DNA of 53,180 nucleotides from a virus. Taxonomy: Duplodnaviria; Caudoviricetes. The stretch covers positions 1 through 53,180 of IMG/VR virus record IMGVR_UViG_3300024255_000034; one strand, 5' to 3'. The notes under the pieces were generated by a model. The model was given only the letters and a program-made list of their open reading frames with translations. It ran no database searches and was not told the DNA's origin. Shown here piece after piece: positions 1-8,877 of the stretch (positions are counted from its first letter, which is position 1; the number at the start of each line of letters is the position of its first letter). A program made the translations under genes and the position numbers.

Positions 1-120
1 GAAGGACATGACTGGTTATTTGAAAACAACTATGACTCATGGGATTGTGAACACTTCTTTGGACTGCCTTTAATTGCAGACGAAGTAGACCCCGACAACA
101 GATACAACACAAGGTTTTAA
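1..120 (+). CDS. 3' end of a hypothetical protein (partial)
   Basis: Frame 1 is open from the window edge (EGHDWLFENNYDSWD...RYNTRF) to TAA at 118-120, directly before the gp33 ATG. Confidence 0.5.
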   Translation, partial: EGHDWLFENNYDSWDCEHFFGLPLIADEVDPDNRYNTRF

Positions 121-121
121 T

Positions 122-367
122 ATGATATCAAGAAAAGAATTTACTGAAAAGGTAGAACGATTACTTTCACGAGGAAAAGGTGTTGATGTAATGGGTGCAA
201 TAGTTAGAGTTTGTGAAGAGAATAATTTAGAACCCGAAAGTGCTAAGAGACTTTTAACACCACCTCTTAAAGAGAAGTTGGAAGCAGAAGCACAAGGACT
301 AAACCTAATCAATCGTGGTAGGACTAGTCAAGGAACAATCACACGATTTTATGAGGAAAAGAAATAA
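122..367 (+). CDS. gp33: Late-promoter transcription co-activator (T4 gp33-like)
   Basis: AIVRVCEENNLEPESAKRLLTPPLKEKLEAEA motif; gp33-gp59-gp32 gene order. Confidence 0.85.
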   Translation: MISRKEFTEKVERLLSRGKGVDVMGAIVRVCEENNLEPESAKRLLTPPLKEKLEAEAQGLNLINRGRTSQGTITRFYEEKK

Positions 368-669
368 TGGAAATTAATGATATAGTCACGGTAGTGGCCA
401 CAAGTGGTGAATACATTGGTAAATTTAAAAGTTTAGAAAATGGTATACTGAATATTGAAGACCCTAGAATGGTAATCTCTCATCCAAACGGAGACGGTGG
501 AATGGGATTTGCAAGAGGGATTGCAGTCACTGGACAAGAAAATCCAAGTGAAGTTTCATTCAATGAATTCGTATTTGTTGTTGCAACAAACCAACCTATT
601 CAAGAAGCATACCAACAAGCAACTGGGTCTATAGTGACACCACCACAAACTCCTACTATCATAACTTAA
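367..669 (+). CDS. Conserved hypothetical protein, possible Sm-like beta fold
   Basis: DIVTVVATSGEYIGK start; coupled to both neighbours by TAATG overlaps. Confidence 0.6.
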   Translation: MEINDIVTVVATSGEYIGKFKSLENGILNIEDPRMVISHPNGDGGMGFARGIAVTGQENPSEVSFNEFVFVVATNQPIQEAYQQATGSIVTPPQTPTIIT

Positions 670-1262
670 TGACCAGTAGGGAAGGATATGATGCATACAC
701 TCTTTATCTTGGAATAAAACTACACTTCTATTCCAAGGACTACGACTTTATAAAGTACAATGGTAAAGTAAAGAGTGACATCAATTCCTTTCTAAAACGA
801 AAAGATAAATTTCATTTTGGTAAGTTATTTAAAACTTACAAACAAGACTTACAAGATTTCTATATTGCAAATCTAAGTCTTAAAGACAGTTGGGCAGGAG
901 ACCTATTAGACAATGAATGTGAAAGAATTTATAAAGAATGGAAAAAGAGACAACAAAAATTGTCATATATGTATGAAACAGAACTCTCTGATATCCTACT
1001 TAAAAGAAGTATACAAAAGGTATTGGAAGTAAAGAACGGACAACACCCTATACTATTAAAAGAATACATGGCAAAGAGCATATCTTTAGAGACACTTTGT
1101 ATAATGGATTCTATTATCGGATTCAGTTCCGATTGGGAGAGACTAATATCAGAGAAGGTAGTCTACCCCGAAATACACATAAAGATTCAGAAGTATAAGT
1201 CTTTTGTAGACTTCGATTACACAAAATATAAAACTAAGACAATAGAGTTATGTCAGAAATAA
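669..1262 (+). CDS. gp59: Helicase loader (T4 gp59-like)
   Basis: YLGIKLHFYSKDYDFIKYNGK...FLKRKDKFHF and ISLETL motifs. Confidence 0.9.
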   Translation: MTSREGYDAYTLYLGIKLHFYSKDYDFIKYNGKVKSDINSFLKRKDKFHFGKLFKTYKQDLQDFYIANLSLKDSWAGDLLDNECERIYKEWKKRQQKLSYMYETELSDILLKRSIQKVLEVKNGQHPILLKEYMAKSISLETLCIMDSIIGFSSDWERLISEKVVYPEIHIKIQKYKSFVDFDYTKYKTKTIELCQK

Positions 1263-1972
1263 CTATATTAGGAAACGGGCCTAGTAGAGAGGACTTTGAT
1301 ATCGACAATTGCACACATGAAGTATGGGGTTGCAATGCAATCTACAGGGACACTAATAAGTGTGACATAGTGTTTGCAGCTGATATGCCTTTACAAAAAG
1401 AGATTGTAGAGACAGGATATTATAAAGAAAACCTAGTATGTTTTGCTGACATTGAACCCCTTCCAATAGAAATGTTAGAGTTAATGTCTGCAGGTTTCAA
1501 CTACAGTCATGACGATATACGAATAAGTAAAAAGGATAATGACACACACTTCATTATTCAAGGTAATGAAACTTATACAGATTTTTTGGGATTAACAAAT
1601 CCCGAACTAATACTCACATACAATGACCCTATGTTTAGGAACTTGTTTACTGGAATGTCAGCATTAAGTTATGCTATGCAACAAAGTTATGAGACTATAA
1701 ACATGGTGGGATTTGATGCACTGGAAAGTGATATTTGTGATAATATTTATGAAGGTAGTGCTAACTACGGACATAAATATAGTACAGACTCAACTGTTCT
1801 TGATGTTCAGAGGAGTCAGTTCATAGCACTATTAGAATGGTACTATGGAAAAGGTTCAGTATACTGGAAAAACCCTCTTGACAAAGAGGATGAAATCAAG
1901 TATAATGAATTATCTTATTATGAAAGTAGTGAGAGATGGATTCTAGGTCAAGGCCTAGAGTCTTTAATATAA
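1250..1972 (+). CDS. Putative CMP-sugar glycosyltransferase (GT42/GT29/Maf-like Rossmann fold)
   Basis: ILGNGPS, WGCNAIYR, TGMSAL and INMVGFD motifs, typical of the Cst-II/Maf(DUF115)-like fold. Confidence 0.5.
   Translation: MSEITILGNGPSREDFDIDNCTHEVWGCNAIYRDTNKCDIVFAADMPLQKEIVETGYYKENLVCFADIEPLPIEMLELMSAGFNYSHDDIRISKKDNDTHFIIQGNETYTDFLGLTNPELILTYNDPMFRNLFTGMSALSYAMQQSYETINMVGFDALESDICDNIYEGSANYGHKYSTDSTVLDVQRSQFIALLEWYYGKGSVYWKNPLDKEDEIKYNELSYYESSERWILGQGLESLI
1878..1906 (+). promoter_or_regulatory. Consensus sigma70 promoter upstream of gp32
   Basis: TTGACA (1878-1883), 17 nt spacer, TATAAT (1901-1906), inside the upstream CDS. Confidence 0.8.
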
Positions 1973-2005
1973 TGCGATATAATTGTAATACAATAGGAGA
2001 ATACA

Positions 2006-2896
2006 ATGTCAAGTTTAGATAAACTAAGAGCAGCCATGGAAACTGCTTCACCTACAGAAGGTGCAAAAAAATCCTACGGAGACGATAGTTATTGGAAACC
2101 CGAACTAGATAAAACTGGTAATGGATTTGCAGTAGTTAGATTCTTGCCAACTCCCGAAGGAGAAGAGATGCCTTGGGTATCATACTTCGACCACGGGTTC
2201 CAAGGGCCAGGTGGCTGGTATATTGAGAAGTCTTTAACGACTCTTAATAAACAAGACCCTGTTTCTGAATACAATACCCAGTTATGGAATACAGGTATTG
2301 AAGCAAATAAAGAGATTGCACGTAAACAGAAAAGACGTTTACATTATGTGTCTAATGTCTATGTTGTTTCAGACCCTAAAAATCCTGCTAACGAAGGTCA
2401 AGTATTTAAATACAGATTTGGTAAAAAAATCTTTGAACAACTCAAAGAGGCTATATCACCTGCATTTGAAGATGAACAAGCAATCAACCCTTTTGATTTA
2501 AGGGAAGGTGCGAACTTCAAAATCAAAATTAGAAAAGTGGACGGTTACTGGAACTATGATAAATCAGAGTTCGATTCAGTTTCACCATTATTCGAAGATG
2601 AGGATAAGTTGAACACTACATATAGTTCTGCATATTCTTTGACTGGTATTATTGCACCAAGTGAATTCAAAACATACGAGGAACTCAAAGAGAAACTCGA
2701 TAGAGTGTTAGGATTAACTGGTTCAGTAAGTACATCAACTGCAGAGTCAGTTGCAGAAGACCTAGACGAAGTGCCTTGGTCTAATGTTAACACTGAGTCA
2801 GTTGCAGATGAACCTGTAATCTCATCAGTAGAATCTACTTCTGAAGGTGAAGAAGATGATGCGATGGATTACTTCAAAAAACTTGCTTCTGAATAA
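2006..2896 (+). CDS. gp32: Single-stranded DNA-binding protein
   Basis: WKPELDKTGNGFAVVRFLP, HGFQGPGGWYIE, FGKKIF and NYDKSEF motifs; acidic tail ending YFKKLASE. Confidence 0.97.
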   Translation: MSSLDKLRAAMETASPTEGAKKSYGDDSYWKPELDKTGNGFAVVRFLPTPEGEEMPWVSYFDHGFQGPGGWYIEKSLTTLNKQDPVSEYNTQLWNTGIEANKEIARKQKRRLHYVSNVYVVSDPKNPANEGQVFKYRFGKKIFEQLKEAISPAFEDEQAINPFDLREGANFKIKIRKVDGYWNYDKSEFDSVSPLFEDEDKLNTTYSSAYSLTGIIAPSEFKTYEELKEKLDRVLGLTGSVSTSTAESVAEDLDEVPWSNVNTESVADEPVISSVESTSEGEEDDAMDYFKKLASE

Positions 2897-3064
2897 GTAA
2901 GTTTTTTAAACGGGGGTGTTGACATATCATTATGTGTCCTTGAATAGTCAACACCGAACTGATAACGAAGGAGTGGGGTTAATCAGTAAGGGAAAGATTC
3001 TTGGGGTCAGAGCGGAAGAATCGGTTAAGAGCGGGAATGCTGTAAAGTGAAGGGGCGACTTAAC
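2876..3064 (+). ncRNA. Candidate structured RNA or leader: five consecutive hairpins upstream of rpsU
   Basis: Stems 2876-2888/2895-2907, 2915-2923/2947-2955, 2958-2966/2978-2987, 2996-3002/3016-3022 and 3024-3029/3059-3064; G-rich loops. Confidence 0.55.
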
Positions 3065-3085
3065 ATCTAATTTAAAGAGAGAAAT

Positions 3086-3322
3086 ATGCCAGAAGTTAAA
3101 CCAAGAATAGATAGGAAAAGTAATAATGTTGAACCATTCGATAGAATGTTAAGACGTTTTAAAAAGATGTGTGATAATGCAGGTATTGTACAAGAGGTTA
3201 GAGATAGAAAGTATCACGAAAAACCTAACGATACTAAGAATCAAAGGAATCAAGATTTAAAAAGAAGGAAAAAGTTAAACAAGAAGAGAGAACAATCTGC
3301 TTCTTTTAGAAAGATAAGATAA
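3086..3322 (+). CDS. rpsU: Phage-encoded ribosomal protein bS21
   Basis: [32 protein letters not shown] matches the S21 signature; basic C-terminus. Confidence 0.9.
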   Translation: MPEVKPRIDRKSNNVEPFDRMLRRFKKMCDNAGIVQEVRDRKYHEKPNDTKNQRNQDLKRRKKLNKKREQSASFRKIR

Positions 3323-3516
3323 TGAGTAATTGGCATGGGGGAAAAGGTTCCAAGAGAAGGAACTCAAACGAAGAAGCCTATGCTGATAACTGGGAGAAAA
3401 TCTTTGGTAAAAAGAAACCCGAAATTAAAGTAAGAAAAGAAACACCGAGTCACGGTGCATCACAAGTCCATTCGGACAAAACAAAATACAATCGAAAGAA
3501 AATTAAGAGTACTTAA
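3322..3516 (+). CDS. Small basic hypothetical protein
   Basis: GGKGSKRR...YADNWEKIFGKK; coupled to rpsU by a TAATG overlap. Confidence 0.7.
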   Translation: MSNWHGGKGSKRRNSNEEAYADNWEKIFGKKKPEIKVRKETPSHGASQVHSDKTKYNRKKIKST

Positions 3517-5917
3517 CGTCTACTAGTCTAGCAGTATCATCAGGATTTCTGAAACTATGTCTACCAGTTTGTATTGTTGTATTTTTATTATTCACAACAC
3601 TAGTATTAATTGACCCTACACCATTACCATCTTGTGTAGCATTTGGTGACATTCCAAGATTTGAAGCATTCTTAAGAACAATTTCTGTAGGTGTTCCATC
3701 ATTCATAACACCCCTATACTTTTTAAGTGCAGACATCACCATCTTTTCTTTTTGTTCTTTGGAAGCATTTGAACTATCAATCATTGCTAATTCTTGTGTT
3801 AGGGATTGAGCTCCATTATCGAATGTTGCAATCTTATCTCCTGTTCTTCCTCCTATAACTGCCCCTGTTATACCAGTAAGTAAACTAGCAGCGAGAATAC
3901 CCCAACCAACAGGATTTGAACCCAGTACAACTGCGGCCGCGGCTGGTACGGCTGCACCTAAGAGACCACCTGCCCAACTACCAATACCACGTCCAGCACT
4001 ACCTCTTTTGTTTGCTTTTTCAGCACCTTCAACGGTCTTTAAATTGTCGCCAGATAATAATCCTTGATTCTCTAATGAGTCTATACCTTTACCATATTTG
4101 TTTTGGTCATATGCATCAAAACCATAATCTATTCCAGCACCTACGATTGGTAGTTTTGCAAAGGCACCTCTTGTAAATGATTTACTTAGTGCCATTTGTG
4201 AATTGGCCCTCTTCATAAGGTCTTGTCCTTGTTTAGAATCTATAAACAAATCCAACTGGTTTGGATTTATGTTTAACATCTTATTCAAATACTCGGGATT
4301 ACCTTTAAAGATATATCCCATCTTTTGAGACCACTTCTTGTAGAAATTAGTTCTTTTGTCTAATGTCCCATCACTGTTAAATAACCTATCAACTTTCTTT
4401 GCATCACTAGCATCAAAGTTATCTAGTTCTGATGTGAACGAACCTCGCATACCATATGACTCTGCACCTTCTGTTACTACCTCATCAGGTCTAACCACTG
4501 GTATGGAATTTCTATAAGTATCCATTGACCTACTAAGGGATGCACCTGCTTCCATACCAATTGCTACACCAGCATTAGAAACTGCTTCATTTGGGTTGAT
4601 GGGGTCAATTGGCGGTGGTCTTAATAGAGTAGGAGTGTCTTCATTATCAAAAAGTTTTGGAAGGCCGAAGGCGACCCCAACGCTACCTAGTATAGCAGCT
4701 ACCATTCCAAGTCTTCCACCTTTTGGAAGTTTTAGATTTTTTAACATGCTTCCTTTGGGTTTTCCACCATCTTTATTAGCATCAAATAATTGCTTAGATA
4801 TTTTATCATAACCAAAGTAACCTGCTAATGAACCAGCAAGAGGAAGAATAGCTTTTGAAAGGCCAGGAAGATAAGTGAGACTGTTCTTAGTGTTTTCGTC
4901 TCCACCTTTGATACTATTAAGACCACCGCCAATTACCAATGCTCTTAATAGTTTATTAGTTGTCTGAACACCCTCGTTGACTTCTTCAGTTTCTTTTAGT
5001 TCTTTCTTTGCAATTTTTATTGCAGGGTCTACTTCTTGACTATCTCCAGCAATTGAAGCTGCAATACCTTCACTAACACCACCAAAGGAGAAAGCACTAG
5101 CGATACTGCCAGACAAATCTTTGTTTCCAAATATCTTACCTACTGCATCTACCTTATCGACAACTGTATCTAAAGTTCCCAATAAATCAAAACCTGTAAG
5201 TTCTTTAAGTCCTTGACCGAACATAGTGAACTTAGTATCTTGTTCTGCAATTTCTTTTGATTGTTTCTCAACAGTCTCATTAAGTTTGTCCAAATTAGAT
5301 TTAGACTTATCTATTAAGTTCTTCTGTACTTCTAATTCTTCTCTCTTAGTATCAAAGATTTCCGTTTCAAACTTTAGAAGACTTGCAGATTGTTTTTTCT
5401 TTTCTTCTAAAAGTTCTTTATGTTTTTTCTCATCACCAAGACCTTCTGCACGGATACTATCAAATTCAAGTTGTTGTATTTTATCTCTGAAGTCTTTAAT
5501 CTTTTTACGGTTCTTAATTTCTGATTCTGCAATTTCTTGTTCTAGTGTCATTGCTTTTAATTGATTTAGATTATGTGTGTCTTGTGCAAGTTTAAGTTTC
5601 TCTACAAATCCAGTACTTCCACTAAGTCTATCTAATCCTTCTGAGAGTTTTTTATATTCTATTGTAGTTTTATCTACATTATCAGCAGTTGCTTTTACGA
5701 TTTTTTGGGTATAGTTCTGCAGTTCTTTAGCATTGGCGGCTGCCTTAAAAGAACCTTTAGTAGTTTCTCTTAAGTCTGCAATTGTCTTTGCAAGTGGAGT
5801 GTTAACCTCTTGTAAATTTGAGACGACAGTTTTAAATTTCTTACTAAACTGTTCTGTAGTCTTAGCAATTTCTTGTGCCTTTTGTTGCCTTAGTATGTTT
5901 ATGCTATCGTCTGCCAT
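3503..5917 (-). CDS. Probable tail tape-measure / hub protein (gp29-like position)
   Basis: 804 aa; N-terminal coiled coil, Gly/Ala-rich hydrophobic segments, INTSVVNN-type C-terminus; downstream of gp26/gp51. Confidence 0.65.
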   Translation of the reverse strand: MADDSINILRQQKAQEIAKTTEQFSKKFKTVVSNLQEVNTPLAKTIADLRETTKGSFKAAANAKELQNYTQKIVKATADNVDKTTIEYKKLSEGLDRLSGSTGFVEKLKLAQDTHNLNQLKAMTLEQEIAESEIKNRKKIKDFRDKIQQLEFDSIRAEGLGDEKKHKELLEEKKKQSASLLKFETEIFDTKREELEVQKNLIDKSKSNLDKLNETVEKQSKEIAEQDTKFTMFGQGLKELTGFDLLGTLDTVVDKVDAVGKIFGNKDLSGSIASAFSFGGVSEGIAASIAGDSQEVDPAIKIAKKELKETEEVNEGVQTTNKLLRALVIGGGLNSIKGGDENTKNSLTYLPGLSKAILPLAGSLAGYFGYDKISKQLFDANKDGGKPKGSMLKNLKLPKGGRLGMVAAILGSVGVAFGLPKLFDNEDTPTLLRPPPIDPINPNEAVSNAGVAIGMEAGASLSRSMDTYRNSIPVVRPDEVVTEGAESYGMRGSFTSELDNFDASDAKKVDRLFNSDGTLDKRTNFYKKWSQKMGYIFKGNPEYLNKMLNINPNQLDLFIDSKQGQDLMKRANSQMALSKSFTRGAFAKLPIVGAGIDYGFDAYDQNKYGKGIDSLENQGLLSGDNLKTVEGAEKANKRGSAGRGIGSWAGGLLGAAVPAAAAVVLGSNPVGWGILAASLLTGITGAVIGGRTGDKIATFDNGAQSLTQELAMIDSSNASKEQKEKMVMSALKKYRGVMNDGTPTEIVLKNASNLGMSPNATQDGNGVGSINTSVVNNKNTTIQTGRHSFRNPDDTARLVDVKYS

Positions 5918-5931
5918 GTCTTATTGTATCC

Positions 5932-6252
5932 TTATTTTTTACTAAATGCTTGAGCACCAAAGAAAGCTGCAACGATACCAGCAACAGCAATAAAGTATAC
6001 TCCTGCCATATCTCCTAGTATATCACCAGCCTTTTCATAACCAGCAAAGTTAGTTCCAATAACTAACACTGGATATAGTAACATACCATATAAAGAGTAC
6101 CATGCCATTTGTCTTTGTGCATCACGCATTGCATCTGCATCTTCTAACTCTTTACGTTTAAATTCTAAATACATTTTTTCTTCTGCTTTTGAAACTTTAC
6201 CATCACCGTTTGAATCTGCAGGGTGAAATGTTTTATTGTCTTCATCACTCAT
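5932..6252 (-). CDS. Small membrane protein with an EF-hand-like loop and two TM helices
   Basis: DSNGDGKVSKAE loop; two hydrophobic stretches. Confidence 0.65.
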   Translation of the reverse strand: MSDEDNKTFHPADSNGDGKVSKAEEKMYLEFKRKELEDADAMRDAQRQMAWYSLYGMLLYPVLVIGTNFAGYEKAGDILGDMAGVYFIAVAGIVAAFFGAQAFSKK

Positions 6253-6297
6253 AATTTGTGTCCTCTATTATTATGAATCACTTACAAATAATCAAAA

Positions 6298-6486
6298 TTA
6301 ATTTTGTTGTTCTTGTCTAATCCTCTCTCGTTCTTCTTCTAAATGATTGACAAGAAGTTTTACATATATCTCCCTTTCCCATGGTATCATTTCTTCTAAT
6401 TCTGTTAATGAGTACTTGTGTTCCTGCATTAACTGAAAGTTAGATTGATAATAACCAACTAAACTTTCATGAGAAAGAGATATTAA
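6298..6486 (-). CDS. gp51: gp51-like baseplate hub assembly chaperone segment (absent from the ORF track; probably reached by -1 frameshift from gp26)
   Basis: Translates as LISLSHESLVGYYQSNFQLMQEHKYSLTELEEMIPWEREIYVKLL...QQN*; first in-frame ATG only at 6429. Confidence 0.8.
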   Translation of the reverse strand, partial: LISLSHESLVGYYQSNFQLMQEHKYSLTELEEMIPWEREIYVKLLVNHLEEERERIRQEQQN

Positions 6487-7184
6487 AAAAAAGAGTTAAG
6501 TCCTTGTAGTACTCTCTCTTGTTTGGTACTACATAACTCACAAGTATACTCAACAGTTTCCTTCAATGAAGGTGTTTGTATGAAATACTCATTTACTTTT
6601 TCTAACTGTTCTAGTGTGAGAGACTCTACAAACTCTTTTAAGTCAGAACTTTGTACATCTTTACACTCATAAACTTCATTTTCGTCAAATACAGTTTCTA
6701 TACCATACATAACTGTTGCAATTAGACGGTCATCAGTGTCTTCTATGCCTTCTACTATGGATAATTCTCCAACTGTAGGGTATTTTAACACTAAACCTAA
6801 GTTATCTGTTAACATAAGTTTAGAATCTAGTGGATTTTCAGTAAGTTTAACTTCATTTAAGTTAATTTCTGTACTTCCACTACCTGTACAGTCTTCTTCT
6901 GCACATAAAAACTTAACTTTAGTAGTTTCACCTACAGATTTAGTTCTAATTTGTAAAAACAAGTACTCTAAATCAAATAAAGAAAGTTTATTTGCATCAA
7001 CTTTTCCAAAAGTCACACTTTCAATCAATTGAGTGAGTGCTTCTGCAATTTCTTTACCGTCTTCACTCTCTTTTGCAATCAAAAGATACTTCTGTTCTTT
7101 AACTAAGAAAGGTCTGTACTTAACTTCTCTTCCATCACTTAAATTGCACACATATGTTGGTGCAGCTTGGATTGGTAATCCCAT
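6483..7184 (-). CDS. gp26: Baseplate hub subunit / assembly chaperone
   Basis: VKYRPFLVKEQKYLL, FDLEYLFLQIRTKSVGE and two Cys pairs; ends LQGLNSFF. Confidence 0.9.
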   Translation of the reverse strand: MGLPIQAAPTYVCNLSDGREVKYRPFLVKEQKYLLIAKESEDGKEIAEALTQLIESVTFGKVDANKLSLFDLEYLFLQIRTKSVGETTKVKFLCAEEDCTGSGSTEINLNEVKLTENPLDSKLMLTDNLGLVLKYPTVGELSIVEGIEDTDDRLIATVMYGIETVFDENEVYECKDVQSSDLKEFVESLTLEQLEKVNEYFIQTPSLKETVEYTCELCSTKQERVLQGLNSFF

Positions 7185-7202
7185 AATTTACTCCATATTT
7201 TA

Positions 7203-8264
7203 TTAACCACCAAATAAACTACTAAAATCTCTTAATGAGTCTTTTAGTCTGCTTACTTGTGAATCATATTTATTAAATCTCTTAAGGTATTTTTCTGCCC
7301 CATCGTCACCAAACTGGGCTGCAAGTCCTAGACCTTCTAAAATACCATCAAATCTTCTTCTACCACTATTTAGACCACTAGGATTGACCTTATTACTACC
7401 ATTGTATACACTATGTAAGTCTGATAAGTCGGCAACTAATTTTGCATCTTTATATTCTGTAGTAAAATGTTGGAATGCCATGGTGACTGAAAATAATAAC
7501 ATATCAGCACTATCCATTGATAGAGTTTGTGCTGTAATTGCTTTTGGAAATGCATTATGTAATGTATTTTTAACTGTTGTTGTCCCTTCACCCATTCTTC
7601 CGTCTCTTCTTAAATGTTCAATCTCAACACTTCCATGGTATGTAATAGGATATTGGAATACTGGAAGTTTATTTCTTTCGTGCGATACTGAACTATAGTC
7701 ACCGTCAGTTAAAGGTGCAGTATCAGTAGATACAATGTAATCCATCCATGCTTGTAATATTTTTCTATCTACGAAATCGGTATCACAATAGAATGATATT
7801 TCCATTTCATGCATGTCATTAACAACACCTGTTGGAACTATTTTAGTTTTTCCTACTGGAGAATACCCTTCAGTTTCTATTGTCCTTGAAGGTAACGAAG
7901 CATTTCTACATCTCACGCCTTCTAGTGAAAGACTTACACCTTTTGCGTTATTTCCAGCTGCTACACCCACACTTTCTATACCTAGTAATTCATCTTCAAA
8001 CTCTGTTTCAATTCGCCTTTGGTCAGTTCTAGTATTTTTACTTTTGTATAAAGTAGGCCCAAAGAAGTTTACTCTGAACTGGTTTGTCATTGCAGGAGTA
8101 GATAAGTTTGCCATTAATTTGTCTATAGAAAAACTTGGTCTTGAACTTATTCTTTTTGATTCAGCATTAGCTGCATCACTTCTTAGTCCTTCTTGTAATG
8201 CTTCAACATCTATCTTTGGTTGAACATCTTTGATACTTGGTATTTTATATTTTTTTATTTCCAT
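7203..8264 (-). CDS. Tail tube initiator / tube-fold protein (gp54-like)
   Basis: NQFRV, CRNASLPSR, ISFYCD, AWMDYI, NAFPK and FSVTMAF tube-fold motifs; adjacent to gp2. Confidence 0.65.
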   Translation of the reverse strand: MEIKKYKIPSIKDVQPKIDVEALQEGLRSDAANAESKRISSRPSFSIDKLMANLSTPAMTNQFRVNFFGPTLYKSKNTRTDQRRIETEFEDELLGIESVGVAAGNNAKGVSLSLEGVRCRNASLPSRTIETEGYSPVGKTKIVPTGVVNDMHEMEISFYCDTDFVDRKILQAWMDYIVSTDTAPLTDGDYSSVSHERNKLPVFQYPITYHGSVEIEHLRRDGRMGEGTTTVKNTLHNAFPKAITAQTLSMDSADMLLFSVTMAFQHFTTEYKDAKLVADLSDLHSVYNGSNKVNPSGLNSGRRRFDGILEGLGLAAQFGDDGAEKYLKRFNKYDSQVSRLKDSLRDFSSLFGG

Positions 8265-8863
8265 TAATAACTCTCTACTTTTATCCTACTATCTCTGTAA
8301 ACTGTATGTGCATTTGTACTTTTGGTAAATTCATAAGCTGGTAGTAAACTTACAATATCCCAATCACTGTATGGTACTTCTTTAATTTGTCCTTGTATTT
8401 CAGATGTAAGATATCTTTTAATACAAGGTCTTGCCCATTTCAACCTAGCAGACTTACGAATCAAATCATAACTCATTTGTATCCTTGTATCTTCTTCACT
8501 TTGACCGTCAAAGTCTCTAGTGTATCTTAATAATTCTGTTAATAATTCTACTCTTCTTAATGGATGAATGTAGTGTAAATTCAATCCATAAAATCCATCT
8601 GTTGTAAATTTAAATGGTATGACTAATGGAAATCTATCATAGTAAGGTAGTACATCTCTCCATTTTGCAATGTATGAAAACATGAACATTCCACCTATGA
8701 CTGGTCTATCCTTATCAATGTAGTTTTCAGAGTATTCTTCTCTTACTCTAGAGCTTATTTTCATAGACCCTATCGCACCTCTAAACCAGTTTAAGGATTC
8801 TTGCGATTGTCGTTTTAACTCAACAGGAGTCATTTCACTAAGACGTGTGACAAGATTAATCAT
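8264..8863 (-). CDS. gp2: DNA end protector protein
   Basis: LPYYDRFPLVIP, GLNLHY and PCIKRYL motifs. Confidence 0.92.
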   Translation of the reverse strand: MINLVTRLSEMTPVELKRQSQESLNWFRGAIGSMKISSRVREEYSENYIDKDRPVIGGMFMFSYIAKWRDVLPYYDRFPLVIPFKFTTDGFYGLNLHYIHPLRRVELLTELLRYTRDFDGQSEEDTRIQMSYDLIRKSARLKWARPCIKRYLTSEIQGQIKEVPYSDWDIVSLLPAYEFTKSTNAHTVYRDSRIKVESY

Positions 8864-8868
8864 AATAC

Positions 8869-8876
8869 TATTTATA
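8869..8876 (-). promoter_or_regulatory. T4-type late promoter, 5 nt before the gp2 ATG
   Basis: TATAAATA-GTATT-ATG on the minus strand. Confidence 0.8.
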
Positions 8877-8877
8877 G

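Noticed and set aside
2919-2947. TTGACA as a sigma70 promoter for rpsU
   Set aside because: There is no credible -10 box at 16-18 nt spacing, and the hexamer lies within a hairpin stem
2897-3085. tRNA or tmRNA gene
   Set aside because: No cloverleaf, T-loop or acceptor stem/CCA was recognised
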